A stretch of 62,707 bases of DNA, filler included, from Basidiobolus ranarum (lineage: Eukaryota), in assembly GCA_040143965.1 (NCBI GenBank). It is 32 parts of 32 records of this genome, joined end to end, with 100 filler letters (N's around TTAATTAATTAA, not from the genome) between each part and the next. Parts side by side here need not be neighbours in the genome. Positions count along the whole stretch, not along the records: positions 11,819 to 13,686 come from JASJQH010004187.1; positions 13,787 to 15,654 come from JASJQH010004188.1; positions 15,755 to 17,621 come from JASJQH010004189.1; positions 17,722 to 19,587 come from JASJQH010004190.1; positions 19,688 to 21,553 come from JASJQH010004191.1; positions 21,654 to 23,518 come from JASJQH010004192.1; positions 23,619 to 25,483 come from JASJQH010004193.1; 25 more parts are not named here. One strand, given 5' to 3'. The notes under the pieces are model-generated. The model was not told the DNA's origin and did no database searches. It saw nothing but the letters and a program-made list of their open reading frames with translations. This document shows, piece by piece, positions 11,719 to 25,259 of the stretch. The position numbers were made by a program, and so were the translations under genes. How positions within the stretch are numbered: the first letter of the stretch is position 1; every line of letters starts with the position of its first letter.

Positions 11719-13786
11719 NNNNNNNNNNNNNNNNNNNNNNNNNNNNNNNNNNNNNNNNNNNNTTAATTAATTAANNNNNNNNNNNNNNNNNNNNNNNNNN
11801 NNNNNNNNNNNNNNNNNNAGAATGGGGACCAAGGCGACTTGGTAAAAACTGCGATTGGGGTCCAAGTCTTGGTAAGTTGGTAGATGGCCCAATGATTACA
11901 AATGTGCACCTTTCTATGTAATATTGACCATATCTGCCCTAATGCTGCACATGGAGATGTTACTAGCTAGAGTCAGGTCAAGAGCTAGGTTAATCGATAG
12001 ACCATCCAACAATGTAACCACCCACCCATCCGATAAACACTTTAATTAGTCTGAAATCATTCCAATCAACTTGTGTTTCATCGCTGCTTTCCCCTTCATA
12101 TGACAAAGAGGCTGTCCCACTTCTCTATAATTATCATTACTAATTTAAGCCCAAAAGCTCCATATTTCCAATGCATTCATTGGCCCAATTTAGAGCTTAG
12201 GAACATTTGTCAACTTTGTAACAATACTTCCTTCATTGGCTAAGGAGGAAAGACAGATAAGCTGCCGAATTTAGATTAGACCTCTAGGCACATGGTCTGT
12301 ATTGTAACCAAGGTCAGCATTTTCAGTGTTTCATTATAAAATTCATTGCTTGTTTGGGCGATCGAGCTAGCTTGTGGTCAAAGGTAAAACTACTCGCAAA
12401 TATACTATCCACGCACTTTTGTGTCGCATGCTGTGGCAATTACCCTGGGTGACGATTGGGATGGTGATTTGAGAAACCAGCCCTAACCCTAAGAATTACA
12501 CAATGCTAGCAGTGCTGCAACTGCATAATGGCTCACATGCACCCAATCACACAGCTACATAGCCCTTGCTATTCTAAGATACCTTAGGTCTCGTCTATCT
12601 AGTGGGGCGGTTGTTTGACCGTATGTTTGATGTATGCAGATAGGATGGTAGTGGTGGTGATGATGTTGACCATGACCATTGCTTGAGCATACAATCAATT
12701 CTGCACCAACTGCTGCACCTGTTCTGACCACATATTCAAACATCCATAAAATACCTAATTACCATGATATGGCTATATTAGGAAGTGTCCATGAATTTTA
12801 ACTTAACTAAGTCTTCCTAACTAAGTAGGATTCCTAATACGCTAGTGGGATTAGTATATTTTCTCGATTTGGGACCAAAGCTTGTCTATATATGCTCATA
12901 TAGGATGATTGCAAGCTAAAATTAGGTTCGTGATACTTGGGTGCTTTTTTGAGATGCTATTTGTATGGCAATCCACTCTGGTTCACCAGATCAGCCCAGG
13001 TATTTTCCTTTCATTTGGCCTTCATTAGGCATTCATATTCAATGATGTTTAGCGCCATGTACGCTTAAAGAATTTTGCCTCATTGTCTCGGATATATTAG
13101 TTTGATTTTATTCTTTATTTTAAGGCTAAGTTAAAACCAGAATCCCATTATTAATGGATCACAGTGCTTCATCTGACAGTTATACAGGACAGTCATTTAT
13201 TACTCCTCTTGTATTTCTCTTCTCCTTCTCGTTTGTTTCTGCTGTATTTTAGTTATCTGTTATCTCTGGTTGCTTCATTCCTTCTTCAATTTACACTATA
13301 TATCGTCACGACAAAAGAAATACTTCTTGTTACACATATTTGCACACCTTGGTTAATTCACTTTAGTTAGGTGTGCAGCTTCGTCCAATTCCTTTTTCTT
13401 CAGTTTGCTTGTAAACATATTTATACTCTTTATATTATAACATCAATTGTGCTTTGTTTTTCTGGTATGTAAAATGGAAAATATTTATTTACTGAGATGT
13501 TAATAGGTATTAATGACGCACTTCGTTAACTCTAAAATAGAAACAACAAAAGTACAATAAGTTTCCATTTATTTTGTGTCTACGCCGAATTATGCCAAAA
13601 GCAAAACTTATGAAGAATACTGTCGATACAACCCCTTAGGCCGGGTAAGCTAAAAAAGTGGCCCAAAATAATATTTCTCATATTTCNNNNNNNNNNNNNN
13701 NNNNNNNNNNNNNNNNNNNNNNNNNNNNNNTTAATTAATTAANNNNNNNNNNNNNNNNNNNNNNNNNNNNNNNNNNNNNNNNNNNN

Positions 13787-14351
13787 GTATGAAGGGAAAA
13801 ATGCAGTGCAAGTATGCATAAAGTGGCTTCAGAAGAAGAACATTCAACTTGACATTCAGTCTGGTATTGACTGTGCAGATATCTGGGAAAACATAATACA
13901 GAGTGGCGCAATATTGCCAGGTAACTACCAATAGCAGGATGAATGTTAACACAGCAATGTTAATATAATGGTGGGCTTTGAAGGAGATATTGATACAAAC
14001 TCATGTTAGATATGAGCTAAACATTGGAATGAAGAACACTATAAAAATACTTGGGAGAGTATATCAAAGAAGCTAGAAATTTTGAAGGTGACAAATTAGA
14101 GTTGAAGTGGTAAATGTGTAAAACTTTGGTTATGGTGTTTGCACATGTGTTGATCCATAGTTCTCTGATATTGTATGCATCATGCACCATCATTTTGCAC
14201 GGTCTTGATATTTCTCTCCTGTAACTGTAAAAATTGCTTGAAAGCAAATCTGACTTGACAATTGTATCATGGGAAGTAAATGGTCAAATTAAAAATGGAT
14301 TAAAATTTTTACTGTTTTCATACAATAACAATCCTTATATTTCTGTTAGGG
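13787..14351. mobile_element. CMC element end (terminus at 14351, ...TTTCTGTTAGGG) inserted in Gypsy pol
   Basis: Homologous to the other CMC end copies. Confidence 0.8.
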
Positions 14352-15654
14352 CCCCTTCATTAGGCTGATATCTGCTCTACATGATAAATGATCAGGTATT
14401 TCTTACTGGCTACCTGGTTAATATGTAATCACAAAATCAAAACTGGCAAGATATATTGACCATATTGCATGATGGCAGTTCAGAACTATGTTTGTACTGA
14501 AATATTGAAGACTCTTATGATCACAATGGACTGTGATTGTGTGCTTTGGTGCATCCAAGTGTTGCTGCCATTGTTCAAATGCAACAATAATTGCTAACAG
14601 TTCCTTGTCATAGATGTCACAGTTGATTACTGCTGCAGAGAACTTTCTTCAGTAAAAGGTAAAAGGGTGCAATAAGTTTTCTTCACCCTACTGTGATAGA
14701 GCTACTCCAACAGCAAAACCAGATGCATTAGTTTCAACAATAATTGGCTTGTCTAGCTTGGATGTGCTGGGATTGGTGCAGAGGTAAAAGCATCCTTTTA
14801 AGTTACAAATGCTTGTTGGCAAGATGAGTTCCAGCCATGTCTGAGTTCTTTCTTGGCAAGGTTTGTTAATGGAGAAGAAATTTTGTAGTAGTTCTTGAAA
14901 GACCATTGGTTGAAATTTGCAAATGCATGGAACAATTGGAAATCCTTCACATTCTTAAGAGTATCCCAAGACTGAACAGATTTAACCTTCTCAGAGTTCA
15001 TAGATATGCCTGATGGGCTGATGTTATGTTCAAAAAGTTCAACTTGAGCTTGGTCAAATTCACATTTCTTGAGTTTAGCAATGGGACCAGATGTTTTCAA
15101 CTTCTCTAGAACTTGGGAAACATTAATACTATGTTCTTCCTGAGAGTTTTGAGAAGACCAAGATATTGTCAAGATAGATTAACACATATTGGTCAAGATA
15201 CTCTATGAAGATATCATTCAGCATGTGCTTGAAGAGTGCAAGGGCATTGGCAAGTCCAAAAGGGATGACATTGTATTCAAAGTGCCCATAGCAAGTTTGA
15301 AAGGCAGGTTTCCATTGGTCTCCTAGTTAGATTCTTACAAGATTGTAACCACCTCTTAAATCAATCTTTGTAAATACTTTGGTTGCAGCAAGCTGATCCA
15401 AGAGTGAGTTGATTAATGGTAAGGGGTGCCAATGTTCAACTGTAATGGTATCTAAGCCTTAATGATGAACACAGAGACAGAGGGATCCATCCTTTTTCTT
15501 AACTAATAAGATTGGAGTGCCTGCGGGAGACTTTGATTGTTGGATATATACCTTTTCAGATTTCCTGCAATATACTCTTTCACAATGCTAAGTACTGGCT
15601 GAATCAGCCCATTGATAGGCCCAAATGGTGTTTATTTTCCTTCTTGTAGATCTA
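14352..15654 (-). mobile_element. Decayed Ty3/Gypsy RT and RNase H
   Basis: [42 protein letters not shown]. Confidence 0.93.
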
Positions 15655-15869
15655 NNNNNNNNNNNNNNNNNNNNNNNNNNNNNNNNNNNNNNNNNNNNTT
15701 AATTAATTAANNNNNNNNNNNNNNNNNNNNNNNNNNNNNNNNNNNNNNNNNNNNATTATAAAAGAGTTCAATTTGCAGTGGATCAGTAAGCTGAGATTAG
15801 AATCATGACAGCTGTTTGGTCTATTTTTTCTCACTGGAAATATATCCCGGATACTTCTGAAGAAAACTT

Positions 15870-16140
15870 GATAAAAGTGCTTTGGGGACTTGGAGGTGTG
15901 TTGGACATGATTTAGATTTGTGAATTAGACTTATGTTTTTTTTGAATTGAACATGTCCTGTTTATAGTGCTAAGTAGTTGAAATTTTTGACAAGTTTAGC
16001 TCATAACAAATATGCCTGTAAGGCATGAGTGAAAATTTGTGATGCTCTGGAGAAGATATTAGAAAATAGGGAAAATTGGTAAATGCGACCTAATTGATAT
16101 TTCTATCAATTATAGCAATACGCAAACATTTTTGGAAGTC
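15870..16140 (-). repeat. Copia LTR family C (degenerate)
   Basis: Reverse-complement homology to 730-1006. Confidence 0.65.
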
Positions 16141-16408
16141 AGAATCAAGTGCCAAGTAATCAGAATAAAAACAAACTTATTGCTGAATAATGAATTTCTA
16201 TATACCCAATTTCAACAATGTTAATATAGTATGCTAAAGCTGCTGTCATTGCATGCTGCAGTAAGCATTGGCTCAATATAAGCATTCAATTGGCTTATTT
16301 AAATATTTGATTGAGGAGTAAGAATATCAACTGTTTGATGTTTCAAATTGCATAACAGGCAAGATGCAAATTGGGATATAAACTTGCCCAGTCAGGCCTT
16401 GTATGCCT

Positions 16409-16603
16409 TACTAAGTTGGATAACTTGCTATAAGCAGGAACAATATTTTCCAAATCTTTGTGTCTAAATGTAGTGGGATGATGGCATATTGTTCCTTATA
16501 ATCTCCAATTGTTTGCTATAGGAACTGGCCAATTTATCAGATGGTAAATGCCAGTTCATACCAGATAGGGTGCCAGCTGCCAGGCTGAGGCTGCATGATG
16601 TTA
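16409..16603 (-). repeat. Repeat also found downstream of the DDE_Tnp_4 transposase, with a candidate terminus TACTAAGTTGG
   Basis: Reverse-complement homology to 54200-54400, 17445-17621 and 37095-37261. Confidence 0.6.
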
Positions 16604-17450
16604 GCAAGGTCTTGTGGTTTGATAGTTTTCCACTGTAGCCAAACATAAACACCTGAATTGAGATCAGGGCTTGACTTTCTGTTCTTGTCAGCAAAGTTCT
16701 TGTGTTGGGATTGAGCATGCTCCAACTCAGATATTAGTTTCTTATGGATGTCCTTAAGGAAAGTGGCATGGTCTGTGGCAGCAGGGCAAGATAGATTGGA
16801 TGGCACGTAAATTGTGAAACAAGAATGGTATCCACAATTTGCAAAGAAAGAAGTTTGTTTTGTTGAGGTATGATAAGAGTTGTTGTAAGCAAATTCAGCA
16901 AGAGGCAAGAGTTGTGACCAATTAATCTGAATATAGTATATATTTCATTGAAAATATTGTTCCAAAACTCCATTGACTCTTTTAGTTTGGCCATCAGATT
17001 GCAGATGGAAGGCAGTGGAGAGATTGGCAGAGATACCCAAGGTATGGAGGAGACTTTTCCTGAATTTGGAAGCAAACTGAGGTCCTTGGTCAGAGATGAT
17101 AGTTTCAGGGAGTTCATGCAGGCAGAAGATGTTTTAAGTTACCAATTCTGCTGTTTCTTTTGCATTGATTCACTTATTGTAGGGCACAAAGTGGGCCATC
17201 TTGGTTAGAAAGTCAACAATTACCAGAATTGAATCATATTTGGAAGACAAGGGTACATCAGTTATGAGATCCAGGGATATGGATTTCCACTGCCAATCAG
17301 GAATTGGAAGTGGCTGCAGGAGGCCATAGGGCTGATGTCTTGGAGTATTTACTTGAGCACAAATAACACAGGTGGAAACATAAGTGTTAACAAATGCAAG
17401 CATTTTGGGCCACCAATAATCCCTGGATGCCAACATATATGAGACTTGTT
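16604..17450 (-). mobile_element. Gypsy integrase (decayed)
   Basis: YWWP..CVIC zinc finger, [37 protein letters not shown]. Confidence 0.93.
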
Positions 17451-17621
17451 CCATCAGACCAGGTCAGATTGTGCCGCTCAATCCAGCCTGCTAGTACACC
17501 ATCTGGCGCAATCTGTCAATTACCATGGCTGGGTCCTATAACACTCAATCGGACACTATAAGGAACAATATGGCACTATCCCACCACAATCCGACACGAT
17601 GAATTTTTTGGAGATATCGTG
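17445..17621 (+). repeat. Copy of the DDE_Tnp_4-associated repeat
   Basis: Highly similar to 37095-37261 (gaccaggtcagattgtgccgctcaatccagcctgctagtacacc). Confidence 0.8.
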
Positions 17622-17721
17622 NNNNNNNNNNNNNNNNNNNNNNNNNNNNNNNNNNNNNNNNNNNNTTAATTAATTAANNNNNNNNNNNNNNNNNNNNNNN
17701 NNNNNNNNNNNNNNNNNNNNN

Positions 17722-18358
17722 GCACTGTCAGTAGTGTCACACTACAAGGATGTACCAAAATAGTCAAAGTGCGTGAGGAGTATTTTCAAAAGTACGAAGG
17801 GAAAAACATAGTGCAAATATGCATAAAGTAGCTTCAGAAGAAGAACATTCAACTTGACGTTCAGTCTGGTTTTGACTGTGAGATATCTGGGAGGAACTCA
17901 ATACAGAGTGGCAAAATACTGCAGGGTATCAACCAGATAGCTGGAAGAATGTTGATTGAGCAACATTAATACAATGGTGGGCTTTAATGGAGATATTGAT
18001 ACAAATATGTGTTAGGTATGAGCTAAACCTTGGGTATGAAGAACTCTATAAAAATATTCATGAGAGTATATCTAAGAGACTAAGGATTTTGAAGGTGACA
18101 AACTAGTGTTCAAGTGGTAATTGTGTAAATTTTGAGTTACATTTTTTGCACATGTGTTGATCTATAGTTCACTGAGATTGTAGCCAATCATGCGCAACTA
18201 TTTTGTGAGATCTTGAAAGTTCACTACTGAAACTGAAAAAATTGATTAAAATCGAATCTAACTTGATGATTTTATGATGGTAAGTAAGTGGTCAATCCCA
18301 AATGGATTAAAATTGTGATGGTTTTCCCACAAGCACAATCCTCAAATTTCTGTTAGGG
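17722..18358 (+). mobile_element. CMC accessory-ORF C-terminus and element end (terminus at 18358)
   Basis: Translates VKVREEYFQKYEGKN..DIWEELNTEW..PDSWKNVD..QWWALMEIL..YELNLGYEELYKNI..KVTN*. Confidence 0.8.
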
Positions 18359-18359
18359 A

Positions 18360-19587
18360 GTAACCTTGGAAGATGTTTCATATATTCCATCATTTACAAC
18401 AAATCTGTTTTCAAGTAGGGCAATTGAAAAGAAAAATTATGATGTCAAATTCAGCCAAGGAAATGCAACAATATACAAGTTCAAGAACTTGACAGTAGCA
18501 ACTGGAATAAGAATTGGGAATGTATATAACCTGGATGTTGCACCAATAACTGAGACTATTTCTAACTTTGCAACAATTACTTCTGGAAACTTGATGACTG
18601 GGCATCAGCACTTGGGTCATCTCAACTATAATAGTGTGAAACTACTATATAAAAATAGCCCATGTATTGGAATGGATCATAAGCACTCAGATATTACTAA
18701 ATGTGAAAGCTGTATTCAAGGGAAAATCACCTGAAAGCCATTTCCAAAAGAAGGAGCTTGCTGAGCCAAAGATTTATTGGATCCTATTGATACAGTCTTA
18801 TGTGGCCCAATGCAAACTCTGACACCAAGTAAGCAATGATATTTACTCATCTTTATTGATGATAAATCTCACTTCACAGTTTCACATCTTCTGTCAAGCA
18901 AAGGAGAAGTGTTTCAATGATTGAAGATATATGAAGCAATGGTCACAAACATAGCAGGAAGAAAAATTGAATACCTGCGCAGTGATAATGGAACTGAATT
19001 TAGCAATGTAGCCATGACTAGCTTTTGTCAGGAAAGGGGAACTCAGCAGGAATTTACTATTCCATATAGTTCAGAACAAATGGAGTTGCAGAAAGGATGA
19101 ATAGGACTTTAGTAGAGAAAGCACATACAATGCTGATTGATTCAGATCTGCCTAAGTCCTATTGGGGTGAAGCTATTTTAACAGCTACATATCTCCAAAA
19201 TAGAAGTCCAACACATAGCAACCAATAATCTAAAACTCCGATTGCAATTGGGACTGGAAACAAGCCTAGTCTGAATCATCTCAGAATTTTGGATCAAAAG
19301 TATATGCTCATATTCCTAAACCTCAGCATAGGAAATTGGACAAAAAGGCAATTAAATGTATCCTATCAGGATATCAGAACAAAGGCTACCATCTCACAAT
19401 TGCTGGCACAAATCAAATTATCAACTCTAGAGATACTGTATTCAATGAAGAAAATCTCAAATCTTCTAATCAAGGGAATTTGATTTTGGCTGAAAATCAA
19501 TTTCTCAATAACTCAAATTCTGAGTTAACAAGTTCTGAAACCAATCCTGAGCTAACGAGTACTGAAACCAACTTGGAAAATGATACA
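18360..19587 (+). mobile_element. Decayed Copia of a different family: protease end, pre-integrase, integrase
   Basis: HQHLGHLN, CESCIQGK, IFIDD, LRSDNGTEF, KCILSGY. Confidence 0.92.
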
Positions 19588-19687
19588 NNNNNNNNNNNNN
19601 NNNNNNNNNNNNNNNNNNNNNNNNNNNNNNNTTAATTAATTAANNNNNNNNNNNNNNNNNNNNNNNNNNNNNNNNNNNNNNNNNNNN

Positions 19688-19843
19688 GATAGCACTGAAA
19701 GCGGGGTTGCTTACGAGGCTGGTGAGTGTCTTGAGGTCAGCATTGGCAACAGTGTTGTCGACCAAGGTTTTCTGAGTATCTTGGGCCACAGTGCTGGCCA
19801 CTAAGAAGAGAGCGACACTGGAAAGGAAGAGTTGAGCTTTCAT
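19688..19843 (-). CDS. Secreted fasciclin-like (FAS1) protein, N-terminal fragment
   Basis: Signal peptide then KTLVDNTVANADLKTLTSLV, typical of a FAS1 domain start; TATA-like tatatatgta upstream. Confidence 0.7.
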
Positions 19844-20613
19844 AATTAAAGTTTAGAGTGATAAAGTAGATGATATTGTCTTGAATTGCGATGAGAAGGG
19901 TACATATATATAGAGATTCTTATGAACATTGATTTCTTGTGCCAGATCGGGCGAACGAAAAATCTTCTATAGGCTTTTGCTCACACTTCTACGATTCCTC
20001 GATTCAGAGTCGTTTGATGGAAATACAGAATTTCTTGTTTTGTGGCAATATGCACATTATTTTAGTACCTTCCAAAATCCGCAAAGATTGCTCAAGCGAT
20101 TTGAGTTAATTTTATCGGAATTTCTGAAGACCTCCACGATCGATGGATAACTAGGTACTAAGTCAAGTAACACAGAATTAAACAATAATCTATAATTTGC
20201 GAATGAAGATCGATCGGGAGTGTGCCAAGTTAGCAGCCTGAAGTCATAAAAAACCACCTTCACAGTAGAAATTTCCATAGAATTTACGTTGACCTTGAGT
20301 GCTCTCGATATCACTCCAAACATTTGTCTCAGATGAATTTGACAACTGGCATTGTTGATGCGGAGATAGCTGTGTAATTTGTCTTGGGTTACAACCACTT
20401 AGTAACCTATATCAGGTAATTTGACACTAATTTAAGGTTAGTGAGGGGTACTTGTTGATGTTGTAAATGATGCTATACCCCCATTGACGCCTATAAACTA
20501 AGCAACTTATAGGGTGGCACTGACCTAAACAGAAGATCATTCTATGAATTCACTGCAGCCTATTCATCTCGATATATGCACCCTAATCAGACTACCTGAT
20601 AGTACATCGTAGG

Positions 20614-20670
20614 ATATTGCACGTTCTATTCAATATTGCATGTTCTATTCAATATTGCACGTTCTATTCA
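20614..20670. repeat. Tandem repeat, 3 x 19 bp (ATATTGCAYGTTCTATTCA)
   Basis: Directly visible; the middle copy has one C>T change at a CpG. Confidence 0.95.
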
Positions 20671-21306
20671 GTATATCCAGTAATCATAAGTAATGGGCAC
20701 TAGAAAATATTATGGGTTTACAATAAATAAAGTGAGACACAATCGATGCCTATCCAGACAACAGCTTATCACACGCCTCTGATTCGTAACATGAATCATT
20801 TTTCCATCTTATTGATAACTAGTGGTCTGACTGTTGGCAGTTTGAGTGTCTGATCTATGAATACTCATTACTGAATGAATTATAGCTGATATCAATATAC
20901 CTAGCATCAAATCCAAAGTGATACGGAAAAGCCATTGGATAGTAATAAGAGAGCATATCCCCTAGAAACTACTGCCTTAATTAAACTTCATGAATATAAC
21001 ATATATCCCCGATTCAACTGTATAAACATATGGTTAACAATGTAAGGAAACTTCATCAGGATTTTTACAAATTCAAATTTGAATACTTTATTATTCGCTC
21101 ATCAGTACACTGGATGTTGAAAGTAAATCAAATAGTGTTTTCTTCTTACCCTCTACAGTAGTTGTATCTCAAAATGTAAACGATCTTTTCAGGAATTATT
21201 TTTCTAAAACTTTATTCCATAAAATTTAGAGGAGTATATGATTGATGAATTAAAATGTTAGCTATATGGCAATTTAAAGAACTTCGCAGTACGTGGTATC
21301 AGCAAT

Positions 21307-21553
21307 TTAGAACGCCAAACTGAACATATATAGCCCTATTATCAATCCACCTAGGCCAAATGAATTTAGAGGGGAAGCTGAAGTCGCTGAGTTATTAGTA
21401 GGTTTGGCTCCATTGGCAGGGCTGGTGGTGTCTGCTTGTTGACCAGGAATTAAGACTCCTTCAACAACATGAACCACTCCATTGCTAGTCAATACATTGG
21501 CAACAACCACCATGACTCCATTGATCGTGCCACTTCCAGCAGTAATCTTGCCA
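21307..21553 (-). CDS. Fasciclin-domain protein C-terminus with probable GPI signal
   Basis: H2 motif ANVLTSNGVVHVVEGVLIP, Ser/Thr/Pro linker, hydrophobic tail. Confidence 0.85.
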
Positions 21554-21653
21554 NNNNNNNNNNNNNNNNNNNNNNNNNNNNNNNNNNNNNNNNNNNNTTA
21601 ATTAATTAANNNNNNNNNNNNNNNNNNNNNNNNNNNNNNNNNNNNNNNNNNNN

Positions 21654-22033
21654 CGGCTTTGATGGAGATATTGACACAAACTTGTGTTGGGTATGAGCCA
21701 AACCTTGGGTATGAAGAGCTCTATAAAAATATTCAGGAGAAAATATCAAAGAGACTAGGGATTTCCAAGGTGACAAGTTAGCATGCAAGTGGTAATTGTG
21801 TAGAATTTGAGTTATGTTTTTCGCACATGTGTTGATCCGTAGTTTGCTGAGATTATAGCCAATCATTTCCAACCATTTTGCAAGATCTTGAAATTTCACT
21901 CCTGAAACGGAAAAAATTGATTAAAAGCAAATCTAACTTGATGATTTTATGATGGTAAGTACACAGTCAATCCCAAATGGATTAAAATTGTGAAGGTTTT
22001 CCTATGATAACAATCCTCAAATTTCTGTTTGGG
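21654..22033. mobile_element. CMC element end inserted in Gypsy RNase H
   Basis: Terminus ...TTTCTGTTTGGG at 22033. Confidence 0.78.
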
Positions 22034-23518
22034 CTTGTGATTACAATAAACTGTGATTTTGTGATTTGCTCCATCCAAGTATTGTCACCATTGTTCAAAT
22101 GCAGCAATAATTGCTAAAAGTTCCTTGTCATAGATGTCATAGTTGATTTCTGCAGCAGAGAACTTTCTTGAGTAAAAGGCAACAGGGTGCAGTAAGTTGT
22201 CATCATCAAACTGTGATAGTACTGCCCCTAGAGCAAAGTTGGATGCATCAGTTTCAACAATAAATGGCTTGTCTAGCTTGGGATGTGCCAGGATTGGTGC
22301 TGAGATAAAAGCACTCTTTAAAGTTACAAATGCTTGTTGGCAAGATGGGTTCCAGTCAAATGGGAGTTCTTTCTTTGTGAGGTTTGTTAATGGAGCAGAT
22401 ATTTTGGAATAGTTCTTGACAAACTGTTGGTAAAAGTTTGCAAATCCAAGGAAAGATTGGACATCTTTCACATTCTTGGGAATATCCCAAGACAGAATAG
22501 ATTCAGCCTTTGTAGGGTCCATGGAAATACCTGATGGGCTGATGTTATATTCAATGAATTCTATCTGAGCCTGATCAAATTCACATTTCTCAAGTTTAAT
22601 ATAGAACCCAGAGGTTTTCAACTTTTCTAGGACTTGGGAAACATGAATGTTATGTTCTGCTTGAGAGCTTGAGAAGATCAAGATATTGTCAAGGTAGATT
22701 ACCACAAATTGGTCAAGATACTCTCTGAAAATATCATTCATCATGTGTTGAAAGACTGCAGGGGCATTAGTAAGTCCAAATGGCATGACATTGTATTCAA
22801 AGTGTCCATAGTGAGTTTGAAAAGCAGTTTTCCATTTGTCTCCATGTTTGATTCTTACAAGATTGTAGGCACCTTTTAGATCAATCTTTATAAACACCTT
22901 GGCTGAGGTAAGCTGATCCTAGAGTGAGTTGATTAATGGCAAGGGGTACCAATTTTTGACTGCAATGCTATTTAGGCCTCAATGATCAACTCAGAGATGA
23001 AGGGATCCATACTTTTTCTTAACAAATAAGATTGGAGAGCCTGCTGAGGACTTTGAATGTTGGATAAATCCTTTCTCCAGATTTTCTGCAATGTACTCCT
23101 TCAGAATGTTGAGTTCTGGCTGGGTCAGCCCATATATAGGCCCAAATGGTGGTTGCTTTCCTTCTTGTAGATCTATAGGGCAATCATATGGGTGGTGAGC
23201 TGGGAGTATATCAGATTTCTTCTTGTCAAAGACATCAGCAAAGGCTTGGTATTTGGGTGGGAGCTTATGAACCATAGGTTTTGTTGGTTTCAGCTCTTCA
23301 GCAATACTGTCAATGGATATTGGCTTTATAGATGTTTTTAGGAGTTGGGCTGGTGATGAGTTGGATACTTTGCAGGTTGGCAAATATGGACTAGGAGGTG
23401 GAGTTTGCTTGAATGTCATAATCTTCTTCTTCCAATTGATTACTGGGTTGTGCTGCATGAGCCATGAGATACCAAGGATGACTGGGTGGTGAGGTGAAGA
23501 AATGATATTAAAGGCTAT
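22034..23518 (-). mobile_element. Gypsy protease end, RT, RNase H
   Basis: [55 protein letters not shown]. Confidence 0.96.
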
Positions 23519-23618
23519 NNNNNNNNNNNNNNNNNNNNNNNNNNNNNNNNNNNNNNNNNNNNTTAATTAATTAANNNNNNNNNNNNNNNNNNNNNNNNNN
23601 NNNNNNNNNNNNNNNNNN

Positions 23619-24108
23619 CAGCAGTCCACTTGACCAATTGGGAGAATGATTCAAGACCACGAAGAGCTCCGTACACACTCCTGGCTTTAATGGTAGCCTT
23701 GCCACCACGAGCTGGGACATCGATAGTGTACGACTCATCGGTATCAAGATTGAGTTTGGTATTGTGGCCACTGACCTGAATACTGAGTCCAGTCAATGTA
23801 GGGTACTTGCCCTTGGGAGCGAGCTGATGAATGGGGACAGAAGTAGTAGGAATGGGGAACACAGTCTTCTCAACTGGGTTAAGGAGGGAACTGAACTCAC
23901 CCTTGGTGAAGATCAACTTCTTGTAGCGGTGAACGGCTCTCTCAAGGATATCAGCACCAGCTGGGGTCTTGATAGAAATGTCGAGTTCGCTTCTGCTCAA
24001 ACGGATGATGTTGTGGCCAACATCCATCTTTGCAGGCAAGGGCCAGACCCAAGCCATTGAAGTGGCAGCCAAGAGAGAGATGGAGGTGAGAATTTTGATG
24101 GCAACCAT
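23619..24108 (-). CDS. Secreted beta-N-acetylhexosaminidase (GH20), N-terminal part
   Basis: Signal peptide, VWPLP, DTDESYTIDVP, ARSVYGALRGLESFSQL. Confidence 0.93.
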
Positions 24109-25259
24109 GATATTATTGTCTTGCAGCTTCCAGAGTTTGATGTCGATTTGTATCTGATGGATTGGGTTTAAATATCTCTAGTCAGTATTCAAGATTTTCT
24201 TGGACTAGGTATTTGTCACGTATGACCAAATATCTGCAATCAATGGAAGCTTTCTATAGCAACCATACTTAAGAAATTGTGGTTGTCGTCGGACTTATCA
24301 AAGCTGTATATTTCCGGATGTCAGATTCCTGAAATTGAATTAAGAACTCATTCATGGTATATTACATTAGTCAATACCTAATAGTGAAGTAATGAAAGTG
24401 GCGAATGTAACGTGAACATATATCAGTTTTTCGAATAACCATAGTAATGTTTAGAAGGCCACTGTTATAAATATAATTGGCTTGTACCAACTAATTTACA
24501 CTTGTACTCACCATTATTTGTTGTAATCGTCCTCAATTCATCCTATAAACTATAATGTTTTCCACAGCCTGTCTGCTTTCTAATTAATGAACTATAGAAC
24601 AGTCTGTTTCACAAAAGTTTCACCACTAAACCAGCTTTGCGAAGGCCTGTCGAGGATTTTCGACGTGTCATAGCTAGCCTGAACGGGCTCTGACCTACAA
24701 TGGACAATACTTGTGCCTACCTCTAGTTAGGTGGTTAGCGCGAGTATATCGGTGCAGGCTTTTGAGCCATTATTATATTTATATTCTTCTACCTTTAATG
24801 AATTCAAGCTCAACATTCTCTTTTTTGGACACACAGCTGTTTTTGGGTATATCTCAATATTAAACATGAGAAATGTGCATATAGAGAAAATATGACAAAT
24901 ACGCTCCAATGGGCTACACAGTTTTTATTTCAGAGGTTCAGGCTATTTCGGTATTCATTGTGTTGCCTAAGTGATCAAATCGGTTTTATTTCAGATACGA
25001 TTAAATTCACTCCAAACCCGGTATAGAGTATTACGAAGTATGCTTGACCTGGTAATTAGAGCATGCCATAATTATGGTCTATACCGAGTTATGGATTATG
25101 GATAGAATCAAGATTTTTTATCGATGTTTCAGTATTTTCTGATTTGCAATGACTATTATTTTCTTTCGCTAACAATCAAGAATTCAATTTTATTAAAAAA
25201 GCCAAATTAAAGTTATCACGAAAAATTATACTTATTTAACAGTGGTTGAGGTTGAATAT

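Noticed and set aside
12481-12492. (CCCTAA)2 telomere-like repeat
   Set aside because: Only two units, internal to the contig; compatible with chance
12555-12743. 62-aa ORF with a His run
   Set aside because: Short, no recognisable domain or splice support
20614-20670. CRISPR-like array
   Set aside because: No spacers, only three units, eukaryotic context, no cas genes
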